Part shown: piece by piece, positions 12,056 through 19,504 of the stretch
How positions within the stretch are numbered: the first letter of the stretch is position 1
How the letters are laid out: each line of letters begins with the position of its first letter
Origin: a virus
Lineage: Duplodnaviria; Heunggongvirae; Uroviricota; Caudoviricetes
IMG/VR virus record: IMGVR_UViG_2687453530_000003
Strand: one strand, 5' to 3'
DNA: 22,189 nucleotides
Program-made: the position numbers and the translations under genes
The notes under the pieces: generated by a model
Told to the model about the DNA's origin: nothing
Databases searched by the model: none
The model's input: only the letters and a program-made list of their open reading frames with translations

Positions 12056-12190
12056 TTTGATTACTAAAAGATATGTTGTGGGAGGCTTTGCCTCCCCAAC
12101 ATATAAGTGGCTCCCTCAAGCCACTTCCTTTAGAAGCACAACCTTGCTTCTAACTATATAAACCTTCTGTTATATATTACCCTTTATTTT

Positions 12191-12217
12191 TGGGGGCGTT
12201 TCAACGCCCCATTTTTA
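12191..12217 (+). terminator. Rho-independent terminator after the porin gene, last of a series of four hairpins
   Basis: GGGGCG-TTTCAA-CGCCCC followed by ATTTTT; upstream hairpins AGTGGCT-N6-AGCCACT and AGAAGCA-N6-TGCTTCT. Confidence 0.6.
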
Positions 12218-12243
12218 ATAACTTTTAGTAAATAATTGGCGTA

Positions 12244-12465
12244 TTAATTAGAGTTATTAACAACGATATCCATCTCTAACCGGATATCTAATGCCATTAA
12301 CATCCCTTCAATTATGCCCTCAGCCTTTTGTAACCTTTTCCCGATATAACCATCAGAGCAGCAATGCTTACCTGCCAGTGACATGAATGTCATACCGACT
12401 ATATAATAATCTACTAATAAATCGTGCAAATCGCTGTTGTTCTTTTTCAGACGGGCCATGCACAA
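12244..12465 (-). CDS. Hypothetical 73-aa ORF, possibly a remnant of the sieB region; weak
   Basis: ORF only; located where sieB would lie relative to orf28 and ral, but the frame and length do not match. Confidence 0.25.
   Translation of the reverse strand: MCMARLKKNNSDLHDLLVDYYIVGMTFMSLAGKHCCSDGYIGKRLQKAEGIIEGMLMALDIRLEMDIVVNNSN
12379..12407 (+). promoter_or_regulatory. Candidate sigma-70 promoter (TGACAT-17 bp-TATAAT) reading into orf28-ral-ea10-cIII-kil-exo
   Basis: Hexamers and spacing read directly from the sequence; no experimental support. Confidence 0.3.
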
Positions 12466-12500
12466 TCTTTACTACCGCAATCCACTATTTAAGGTGATAC

Positions 12501-12587
12501 ATGGAAGAAGAATTTGAAGAGTTCGAAGAGCATCCTCAGGATGTGATGGAACAATACCAGGACTATCCGTATGACTACGACTATTGA
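12501..12587 (+). CDS. orf28: orf28-like small acidic protein
   Basis: MEEEFEEFEEHPQDVMEQYQDYPYDYDY, 28 aa, overlapping the ral start as in lambda. Confidence 0.55.
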   Translation: MEEEFEEFEEHPQDVMEQYQDYPYDYDY

Positions 12588-12771
12588 TAAAAATCAATGG
12601 TGTGGACAATTCAAGCGATGCAATGGATGCAAGCTGCAATCGGAATGCATGGTTAAGCCTGAAGAAATGTTTCCTGTAATGGATGATGGGAAATATGTCG
12701 ATAAATGGGCAATACGAACGACGGCAATGATTGCCAGAGAACTTGGTAAACAGAACAACAAAGCTGCCTGA
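12571..12771 (+). CDS. ral: Ral restriction-alleviation protein
   Basis: 66 aa, MTTTIDKNQWCGQFKRCNGCKLQSECMVKPEEMFPV..., essentially lambda Ral. Confidence 0.9.
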   Translation: MTTTIDKNQWCGQFKRCNGCKLQSECMVKPEEMFPVMDDGKYVDKWAIRTTAMIARELGKQNNKAA

Positions 12772-12953
12772 TAGTGGCCTTTATTTTTGGCATAAATAAC
12801 AGAATAAACACTGCACTGTGTATTCATTCCAACGAGTGAATACACGGAGCAATGTCGCTCGTAACTAAACAGGAGCCGACTTGTTCTGATTATTGGAAAT
12901 CTTCTTTGCCCTCCAGTGTGAGGGCGATTTTTTATCTATGAGGATATGAATAG

Positions 12954-13322
12954 ATGTCAAACATCAAAAAATACATCATTGATTACGACTGGAAAGCATC
13001 AATAGAAATTGAAATCGATCATGACGTAATGACAGAGGAAAAACTTCACCAGATTAATAATTTCTGGTCAGACTCTGAATACCGACTCAATAAACACGGC
13101 TCTGTATTAAATGCTGTATTAATCATGCTGGCGCAACATGCTCTGCTTATAGCAATTTCAAGCGACTTAAATGCATATGGTGTTGTGTGTGAGTTCGACT
13201 GGAATGATGGAAATGGTCAGGAAGGATGGCCTCCAATGGATGGTAGCGAAGGAATAAGAATTACCGATATCGATACATCAGGAATATTTGATCCAGATGA
13301 TATGACTATCAAAGCCGCCTGA
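12954..13322 (+). CDS. ea10: Ea10-like protein
   Basis: 122 aa at the lambda ea10 position between ral and cIII. Confidence 0.7.
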   Translation: MSNIKKYIIDYDWKASIEIEIDHDVMTEEKLHQINNFWSDSEYRLNKHGSVLNAVLIMLAQHALLIAISSDLNAYGVVCEFDWNDGNGQEGWPPMDGSEGIRITDIDTSGIFDPDDMTIKAA

Positions 13323-13394
13323 GCGCGGCGTTACCGCATACCAATAACGCTTCACTCGAGGCGTTTTTCGTTATGTATAAATAAGGAGCACACC

Positions 13395-13559
13395 ATGCAA
13401 TATGCCATTGCAGGGTGGCCTGTTGCTGGCTGCCCTTCCGAATCTTTACTTGAACGAATCACCCGTAAATTACGTGACGGATGGAAACGCCTTATCGACA
13501 TACTTAATCAGCCAGGAGTCCCAAAAAATGGATCAAACACTTATGGCTATCCAGACTAA
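13395..13559 (+). CDS. cIII: cIII, FtsH inhibitor
   Basis: 54 aa, MQYAIAGWPVAGCPSESLLERITRKLRDGWKRLIDILNQPGVPKNGSNTYGYPD. Confidence 0.9.
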   Translation: MQYAIAGWPVAGCPSESLLERITRKLRDGWKRLIDILNQPGVPKNGSNTYGYPD

Positions 13560-13680
13560 ATTCACTATCGCCACTTTTATTGGCGATGAAAAGATGTTTC
13601 GTGAGGCCGTCGACGCTTATAAAAAATGGATATTAATACTGAAACTGAGATCAAGCAAAAGCATTCACTACCCCCCTTAA
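13528..13680 (+). CDS. kil: Kil, host cell-division inhibitor (50 codons here; the stop appears shifted by the adjacent deletion junction)
   Basis: MDQTLMAIQTKFTIATFIGDEKMFREAVDAYKKWILILKLRSSKSIH..., overlapping the cIII end as in lambda. Confidence 0.8.
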   Translation: MDQTLMAIQTKFTIATFIGDEKMFREAVDAYKKWILILKLRSSKSIHYPP

Positions 13681-13873
13681 CGATGAAACCATGCAGGAGA
13701 TTAACACTCTGCTGATCGCCCTGGATAAAACATGGGATGACGACTTATTGCCGCTCTGTTCCCAGATATTTCGCCGCGACATTCGCGCATCGTCAGAACT
13801 GACACAGGCCGAAGCAGTGAAAGCTCTTGGATTCCTTAAACAGAAAGCCACTGAGCAGAAGGTGGCAGCATGA
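13626..13873 (+). pseudogene. gam: gam-bet deletion remnant: the first ~15 codons of gam joined out of frame to the last ~60 codons of bet
   Basis: ATGGATATTAATACTGAAACTGAGATCAAGCAAAAGCATTCACTA (gam start) abuts AACGATGAAACCATGCAGGAGATTAACACTCTGCTGATCGCCCTGGATAAAACATGGGATGAC (bet 3' end); the bet C-terminus ...[15 protein letters not shown] precedes exo. Confidence 0.8.
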
Positions 13874-14550
13874 CACCGGACATTATCCTGCAGCGTACCG
13901 GGATCGACGTGAGAGCTGTCGAACAGGGGGATGATGCATGGCACAAATTACGGCTCGGCGTCATCACCGCTTCAGAAGTTCACAACGTGATAGCAAAGCC
14001 CCGCTCAGGAAAGAAGTGGCCTGACATGAAAATGTCCTACTTCCACACCCTGCTGGCTGAGGTTTGCACCGGTGTGGCTCCGGAAGTTAATGCTAAGGCG
14101 CTGGCCTGGGGAAAACAGTACGAGAACGACGCCAGAACCCTGTTTGAATTCACTTCCGGCGTGAATATTACTGAATCCCCGATCATCTATCGCGACGAAA
14201 ATATGCGCACCGCCTGCTCTCCCGATGGTTTATGCAGTGACGGCAACGGCCTTGAACTGAAATGCCCGTTTACCTCCCGGGATTTCATGAAATTCCGGCT
14301 CGGTGGTTTCGAGGCAATAAAATCGGCTTACATGGCCCAGGTGCAGTACAGCATGTGGGTGACGCGAAAAGATGCCTGGTACTTTGCCAACTATGACCCG
14401 CGCATGAAGCGTGAAGGCCTGCATTATGTCGTGATTGAGCGGAATGAAAAGTACATGGCGAGTTTTGACGAGATGGTGCCGGAGTTCATCGAAAAAATGG
14501 ACGAGGCACTGGCTGAAATTGGTTTTGTATTTGGGGAGCAATGGCGATGA
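13870..14550 (+). CDS. exo: Exo, lambda 5'-3' exonuclease (Red alpha), intact
   Basis: 226 aa, [40 protein letters not shown]...GFVFGEQWR. Confidence 0.95.
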   Translation: MTPDIILQRTGIDVRAVEQGDDAWHKLRLGVITASEVHNVIAKPRSGKKWPDMKMSYFHTLLAEVCTGVAPEVNAKALAWGKQYENDARTLFEFTSGVNITESPIIYRDENMRTACSPDGLCSDGNGLELKCPFTSRDFMKFRLGGFEAIKSAYMAQVQYSMWVTRKDAWYFANYDPRMKREGLHYVVIERNEKYMASFDEMVPEFIEKMDEALAEIGFVFGEQWR

Positions 14551-14732
14551 CGCATCCTCACGATAATATCCGGGTAGGCGCAATCACTTTCGTCTACTCC
14601 GTTACAAAGCGAGGCTGGGTATTTCCCGGCCTTTCTGTAATCCGAAATCCCCTGAAAGCACAGCGGCTGGCTGAGGAGATAAATAATAAATGGGGGGGGG
14701 CTGTATGCACAAAGCATCTCCCGTTGAGTTAA
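14547..14732 (+). CDS. orf60a: orf60a-like protein
   Basis: [31 protein letters not shown]...; ATGA overlap with the exo stop. Confidence 0.7.
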   Translation: MTHPHDNIRVGAITFVYSVTKRGWVFPGLSVIRNPLKAQRLAEEINNKWGGAVCTKHLPLS

Positions 14733-14896
14733 GAACGAGTATCGAGATGGCACATAGCCTCGCTCAAATTGGAGTCAGGTTTGTGCCAATACCAGTAGAA
14801 ACAGACGAAGAATTTCACACGTTAGCCGCATCCCTTTCACAAAAGCTGGAAATGATGGTGGCGAAAGCAGAAGCAGATGAGAGAGACCAGGTATGA
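14705..14896 (+). CDS. orf63: orf63-like protein
   Basis: [23 protein letters not shown]..., 63 aa. Confidence 0.7.
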   Translation: MHKASPVELRTSIEMAHSLAQIGVRFVPIPVETDEEFHTLAASLSQKLEMMVAKAEADERDQV

Positions 14897-14976
14897 CAAC
14901 CACTGAATGCATTTTTCTGGCAGCGGGCTTCATATTCTGTGTGCTTATGCTTGCCGACATGGGACTTGTTCAATGA
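14893..14976 (+). CDS. Candidate 27-aa single-pass membrane peptide, translationally coupled between orf63 and orf61
   Basis: MTTTECIFLAAGFIFCVLMLADMGLVQ; its ATG overlaps the orf63 TGA (ATGA) and its TGA overlaps the orf61 ATG (ATGA). Confidence 0.35.
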   Translation: MTTTECIFLAAGFIFCVLMLADMGLVQ

Positions 14977-15188
14977 CACCTCAGCAGGAAAACGCCCTTC
15001 GCAGCATTGCCCGTCAGGCTAATTCTGAAATCAAAAAAGCCAGACAGCAGTTTCCGGATAAAAACGTCGATGACATTTGCCGTAGCGTACTGAAGAAGCA
15101 CCGCGAAACGGTAACGCTGATGGGATTCACACCGACTCATTTAAGCCTGGCAATCGGCATGTTAAACGGCGTCTTTAAGGAACGATGA
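14973..15188 (+). CDS. orf61: orf61-like protein
   Basis: MTPQQENALRSIARQANSEIKKARQQFPDKNVDD...; start chosen at the coupled ATG rather than the upstream out-of-context Met. Confidence 0.65.
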   Translation: MTPQQENALRSIARQANSEIKKARQQFPDKNVDDICRSVLKKHRETVTLMGFTPTHLSLAIGMLNGVFKER

Positions 15189-15286
15189 ACATGAAAAGCA
15201 AAATCATCAGGGAGCTACAGGCTCCTTTTTTATTATTCGCATTCACCCTCAAGCGTATTAACCAACAATTCAGGGATTAATGGAAG

Positions 15287-15508
15287 ATGGCAGACATCAT
15301 TGATTCAGCATCAGAAATTGAAGAATTACAGCGCAACACAGCAATAAAAATGCGTCGTCTGAACTACCAGACTGTATCTGCCACTCATTGTTGTGAGTGT
15401 GGCGATCCGATAGATGAACGAAGACGCCTGGTCGTTCAGGGTTGTCGGACTTGTGCAAGTTGCCAGGAGGATCTGGAGCTTATCAGTAAACAGAGAGGTT
15501 CGAAGTGA
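15287..15508 (+). CDS. orf73: TraR/DksA-family C4 zinc-finger protein (lambda Orf73-like RNA polymerase secondary-channel binder)
   Basis: 73 aa with C-x-x-C...C-x-x-C (CECGDPIDERRRLVVQGCRTCASC). Confidence 0.8.
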   Translation: MADIIDSASEIEELQRNTAIKMRRLNYQTVSATHCCECGDPIDERRRLVVQGCRTCASCQEDLELISKQRGSK

Positions 15509-15912
15509 GCGAAATTAACTCTCAGGCACTGCGTGAAGCGGCAGAGAAAGCCGGTGAAGATAAGTGGCAGGCTAAAAAAATAAATGGTGATTTTTTCGTT
15601 ATTCGTCACGGTAGTTATACAAGACAGCATGGCTACACATCGAATCAACCCATTGCGGAGATTGATTGTAAGCCAGTCCGGGATTTTGTTGCCAAGGCTA
15701 ATCCGGCTACCGTGCTGGAATTACTGGATGAACTGGAAGCAGCAAAAAAGCGCATTGCAGAACTGGAAGCGCGGGAAATACTGCTCCCGGAACGTAGCAG
15801 CATGCTTCATCGAACAGATTTTCACGATGATTACCAAACGGTAATGGCATACAAAGTTTCTGAAGTCATCGATGCAATCCGCGCTACTGGCATTCGCATC
15901 AAAGGAGAGTGA
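15505..15912 (+). CDS. ea22: Ea22-like protein, short variant with coiled-coil centre
   Basis: GTG start overlapping the orf73 stop; N-terminus MSEINSQALREAAE and C-terminus ...GIRIKGE resemble lambda Ea22 termini as recalled. Confidence 0.5.
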   Translation: MSEINSQALREAAEKAGEDKWQAKKINGDFFVIRHGSYTRQHGYTSNQPIAEIDCKPVRDFVAKANPATVLELLDELEAAKKRIAELEAREILLPERSSMLHRTDFHDDYQTVMAYKVSEVIDAIRATGIRIKGE

Positions 15913-15913
15913 G

Positions 15914-16669
15914 ATGATTCACTACCACGGTGGGCCTATTACTCCTGATACGTGCGCAATGAGAGCATGGAAAGGGCGACATGCGTTTATCAGTTTTGCG
16001 CATTCAGGCCAGATCAATCTCGCGGCTGAATACTGTCAGTCGTTCGCGCTGGACAACGGTGCATTCACCGCCTGGAAAGCAGCTGGCAAAAACAAAATCG
16101 ACTGGAGCGATTACTACGAGTTTGTTGCTCGCTGGAAGAATCACCCAGGATTCGATTTTGCCATTATCCCGGATATTATTGATGGCGGAGAGGAGGAAAA
16201 TGATGCGCTTCTGAATGAGTGGCCTCACGGAAAACTAGCTGGCGTTCCAGTGTGGCACATGAATGAAAGTGACGCGCGATTTATTCATTTGTGCAATGAG
16301 TTTCCGCGAGTGGCTATCGGTAGTTGTGGCGACTATGACGTAAAGCGCCCAACTCTTGCGGTAGCCAGAATGAAAGACCTGATTCGTCACATTGTTGATG
16401 GGCATGGTCAGCCGGTTACGAAACTACATGGATTGCGCATGTTAAATCCGCTGATATTCACAAAATTACCCTTAGCCAGCGCAGATAGTACGAACGTCGC
16501 TCGAAACATCGGTATTGATAAAGCCTGGTCTGGGGCTTATGCACCTGCAAGTAAAGAGACACGCGCAGCATTAATGGTAGAACGGATTGAGGCACACAAT
16601 AGCCCTGGTTCTCTTGCGTATTGTGAACAACGCGACCGCTTTGAAATGCAATTGCAACTAGCAGTTTAA
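15914..16669 (+). CDS. Queuine tRNA-ribosyltransferase-like (TGT/DpdA-family) protein; candidate 7-deazaguanine DNA transglycosylase
   Basis: 251 aa after a strong ribosome-binding site (AAAGGAGAG); segments FALDNGAF, IIPDIIDGG, VAIGSCGDY, KLHGLRMLNP resemble TGT-fold motifs as recalled; no C-x-C-x-x-C...H zinc motif. Confidence 0.5.
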   Translation: MIHYHGGPITPDTCAMRAWKGRHAFISFAHSGQINLAAEYCQSFALDNGAFTAWKAAGKNKIDWSDYYEFVARWKNHPGFDFAIIPDIIDGGEEENDALLNEWPHGKLAGVPVWHMNESDARFIHLCNEFPRVAIGSCGDYDVKRPTLAVARMKDLIRHIVDGHGQPVTKLHGLRMLNPLIFTKLPLASADSTNVARNIGIDKAWSGAYAPASKETRAALMVERIEAHNSPGSLAYCEQRDRFEMQLQLAV

Positions 16670-16679
16670 GGACTAACAA

Positions 16680-17477
16680 ATGACCACTATTACCAAAGAA
16701 CGTATTGAATTGTTCATTAAAAATCCGCTTGAAAACGGGCTTACTCGTGGCGAACAAATGGAACTGGCACGAATTGCACTGGCATCACTGGAACGCGAAC
16801 TGATTCGCCACGAGCATGCCAAATGGTCTGACTCCACATTTGGCTGCGTTGGCCCCATTGGTCCACTGAAACACCTCTCAAAAGAGGCTCTGGAAGCCGC
16901 AGCCGAACCAGACGATCTCAGCGAGTGGGCTGATATGCATTTCCTGTTGTGGGATGCACAGCGCCGTGCTGGCATCAGCGATGCTGAAATTACCGCTGCT
17001 ATGGAAGATAAATTGAAGATCAACATGGAGCGCCAGTGGCCTGAACCAAAAGATGGTGAGCCTCGCTTGCACATTAAAGAACCCGGCAACTCTCCGGTAA
17101 TTCCGGATGGTTTATCCACGGTATGCGCTGAGGCTTATCAGGTTGTAGGAGTTATGGCAGATGCGCTTGGTGTATTCGGTGATGCAGCAGTACAGAAAGT
17201 TCTGGATAACCTGTCACAGCAAAAACTTGTTCACAGAGATGTGCTGCCGTTCTCGCTTCCGGTGACTCCGGATGGTTGGATAAGCTGTAGTGAGCGAATG
17301 CCGAAAGAAACGGGTGACATTATTGTTGTTTCGGATGGCATTGTAATGTCCGGGATTTCTTATTCTCGTCGTGACGGGTTCTATATAGCCGCATTGGAGT
17401 ACGACGACGATGAGCCAATTGGCGGTGTAACCCACTGGATGCCTCTACCAGAACCGCCTCGATTAAAGGAGCTATAA
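16680..17477 (+). CDS. Two-domain protein: N-terminal DUF550-like (MazG-like dATP/dGTP pyrophosphohydrolase family) plus C-terminal DUF551-like domain
   Basis: 265 aa; family assignment by recalled similarity to prophage DUF550/DUF551 proteins. Confidence 0.5.
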   Translation: MTTITKERIELFIKNPLENGLTRGEQMELARIALASLERELIRHEHAKWSDSTFGCVGPIGPLKHLSKEALEAAAEPDDLSEWADMHFLLWDAQRRAGISDAEITAAMEDKLKINMERQWPEPKDGEPRLHIKEPGNSPVIPDGLSTVCAEAYQVVGVMADALGVFGDAAVQKVLDNLSQQKLVHRDVLPFSLPVTPDGWISCSERMPKETGDIIVVSDGIVMSGISYSRRDGFYIAALEYDDDEPIGGVTHWMPLPEPPRLKEL

Positions 17478-17780
17478 TAGTGAACTATTATATCTATTTG
17501 TATTAAAAGAGTTTTTATAAAATAAATCTCCCAAAGCATGTAAAAACACTGTTAATCTTAACGTGTGTGAAACGTGAAGAGAGGTGTTGAAATGAGCATT
17601 CATGATTTGTGTGAAGATCAAGAGCAATGGGCTATGCAGACCCTTATGGGATCAGGAGTTCTTGCAAGGTGCAGAATCCATAACGATGTAATTTTAGACA
17701 GCGGAAATGATGCTTCTTCTGCTTATAAATTAGGAACTTACCTATATCAAAAAGATAATAGCTGCAACTTATTCAATACT

Positions 17781-17785
17781 CTTAC
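17781..17785. repeat. IS2 target-site duplication, left copy (CTTAC)
   Basis: Identical 5-mer immediately flanks both IS2 ends. Confidence 0.85.
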
Positions 17786-17796
17786 TGGATTTGCCC

Positions 17797-18702
17797 CTAT
17801 ATTTCCAGACATCTGTTATCACTTAACCCATTACAAGCCCGCTGCCGCAGATATTCCCGTGGCGAGCGATAACCCAGCGCACTATGCGGATGCCATTCGT
17901 TATAATGCTCGAACGCCTCTGCAAGGTTCTTTGCTGCCGTTAACCCGTCTGGTTTGGGCATGATACTGATGTAGTCACGCTTTATCGTTTTCACGAAGCT
18001 CTCTGCTATTCCGTTACTCTCCGGACTCCGCACCGCCGTGTTCTTCGGTTCAAGTCCCAACATCCGGGCGAACTGGCGTGTTTCATTAGCCCGGTAGCAT
18101 GAACCATTATCCGTCAGCCACTCCACTGGAGACGACGGAAGATCGTTGCCGAAGCGGCGTTCCACCGCTCCCAGCATGACGTCCTGTACTGTTTCACTGT
18201 TGAAGCCGCCGGTAGTGACCGCCCAGTGCAGTGCCTCACGATCACAGCAGTCCAGCGCGAACGTGACACGCAGTCTCTCTCCGTTATCACAGCAGAACTC
18301 GAACCCGTCAGAGCACCATCGCTGATTGCTTTCTTTCACGGCCACTCTGCCTGTATGTGCCCGTTTCGATGGCGGTACAGCAGGTTTTCGCTCAAGCAAC
18401 AGCGCATTCTGGCGCATGATCCGGTAAACACGTTTGGCATTGATCGCAGGCATACCATCAAGTTCTGCCTGTCTGCGAAGCAGCGCCCATACCCGACGAT
18501 AACCATACGTGGGCAGCTCTCCGATAACATGGTGTATACGGAGAAGCACATCCGTATCATCAGTGTGACGACTGCGGCGGCCATCCATCCAGTCATCGGT
18601 TCGTCTGAGAATGACGTGCAACTGCGCACGCGACACCCGGAGACAACGGCTGACTAAGCTTACTCCCCATCCCCGGGCAATAAGGGCGCGTGCGCTATCC
18701 AC
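17797..18702 (-). CDS. insD: IS2 transposase OrfB (InsD; DDE catalytic domain, expressed as an OrfAB fusion by -1 frameshift)
   Basis: 301 aa, [34 protein letters not shown].... Confidence 0.9.
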
Positions 18703-19025
18703 TTTTTTGCCCGTCCATATTCAACGGCTTCTTTGAGGAGTTCATTTTCCATCGTTTTCTTGCCGAGCAGGCGCTGGAGTTCTTTAATCTGCTTCATGGC
18801 GGCAGCAAGTTCAGAGGCAGGAACAACCTGTTCTCCGGCGGCGACAGCAGTAAGACTTCCTTCCTGGTATTGCTTACGCCAGAGAAATAACTGGCTGGCT
18901 GCTACACCATGTTGCCGGGCAACGAGGGAGACCGTCATCCCCGGTTCAAAGCTCTGCTGAACAATTGCGATCTTTTCCTGTGTGGTACGCCGTCTGCGTT
19001 TCTCCGGCCCTAAGACATCAATCAT
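18660..19025 (-). CDS. insC: IS2 OrfA (InsC; HTH DNA-binding regulator)
   Basis: [53 protein letters not shown].... Confidence 0.9.
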
Positions 19026-19116
19026 CTGTTCTCCAATGACTAGTCTAAAAACTAGTATTAAGACTATCACTTATTTAAGTGATACTGGTTGTCTGGAGAT
19101 TCAGGGGGCCAGTCTA

Positions 19117-19121
19117 CTTAC
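19117..19121. repeat. IS2 target-site duplication, right copy (CTTAC)
   Basis: Matches 17781-17785. Confidence 0.85.
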
Positions 19122-19258
19122 TGAAGCCCGCGACGCAATAAAGGATGCATATGAATCGTATTGTGGGATCGATGATTGCCCACAATGCTCAAAATACATT
19201 GACGATTAATAATATGAACAAGTAACTATCCTCGCACTCGCGGGGATTTCTTTTATCT

Positions 19259-19285
19259 GAACTCGCTACGGCGAGTTTTGTTTTA
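19259..19285 (+). terminator. Rho-independent terminator downstream of ea8.5
   Basis: AACTCGC-TACG-GCGAGTT followed by TTGTTTT. Confidence 0.5.
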
Positions 19286-19297
19286 TGGCGATGATAA

Positions 19298-19465
19298 ATG
19301 CACTTCCGAGTTACAGGTGAATGGAATGGAGAACCATTCAACAGAGTTATCGAAGCCGAGAACATCAGCGACTGCTATGACCACTGGATGCTGTGGGCGC
19401 AGATAGCACATGCAGACGTAACCAATATTCGAATTGAAGAACTGAAAGAACACCAAGCCGCCTGA
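19298..19465 (+). CDS. Small 55-aa ORF between ea8.5 and xis (orf55-like); speculative
   Basis: MHFRVTGEWNGEPFNRVIEAENISDCYDHWMLWAQIAHADVTNIRIEELKEHQAA, translated by hand; weak ribosome-binding site. Confidence 0.35.
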   Translation: MHFRVTGEWNGEPFNRVIEAENISDCYDHWMLWAQIAHADVTNIRIEELKEHQAA

Positions 19466-19476
19466 TGGCGGTTTTT
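19455..19476 (+). terminator. Weak intrinsic terminator upstream of xis
   Basis: CCGCC-TGAT-GGCGG followed by TTTTTT. Confidence 0.4.
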
Positions 19477-19504
19477 TCTTGCGTGTAATTGCGGAGACTT
19501 TGCG

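Larger units (their letters stand above)
17786..19116 (-). mobile_element. IS2: IS2 (IS3 family), complete 1331 bp with terminal inverted repeats
   Basis: Ends TGGATTTGCCCCTATATTTCCAGACATCTGTTATCACTTAA and ...GGAGATTCAGGGGGCCAGTCTA match the IS2 termini as recalled; encodes insC and insD. Confidence 0.9.
17592..19209 (+). pseudogene. ea8.5: ea8.5-like gene interrupted by IS2; exons 17592-17785 and 19122-19209 rejoin in frame to give 93 aa
   Basis: Removing IS2 and one copy of CTTAC restores MSIHDLCEDQEQWAMQTLMGSGVLARCRIH...FNTLTEARDAIKDAYESYCGIDDCPQCSKYIDD. Confidence 0.75.

Noticed and set aside
13626-13873. In-frame Gam-Bet fusion protein
   Set aside because: Frame check shows the gam start (13626) and the bet C-terminal frame (13691) differ; the gam frame stops after 28 codons.
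14230-14753. Minus-strand ORFs of 117 and 109 aa
   Set aside because: Antisense to exo and orf60a, which are supported by near-identity to lambda.
17574-17963. 129-aa plus-strand ORF
   Set aside because: Only the first part (from 17592) is ea8.5; beyond 17785 it reads into the IS2 terminal repeat by chance.
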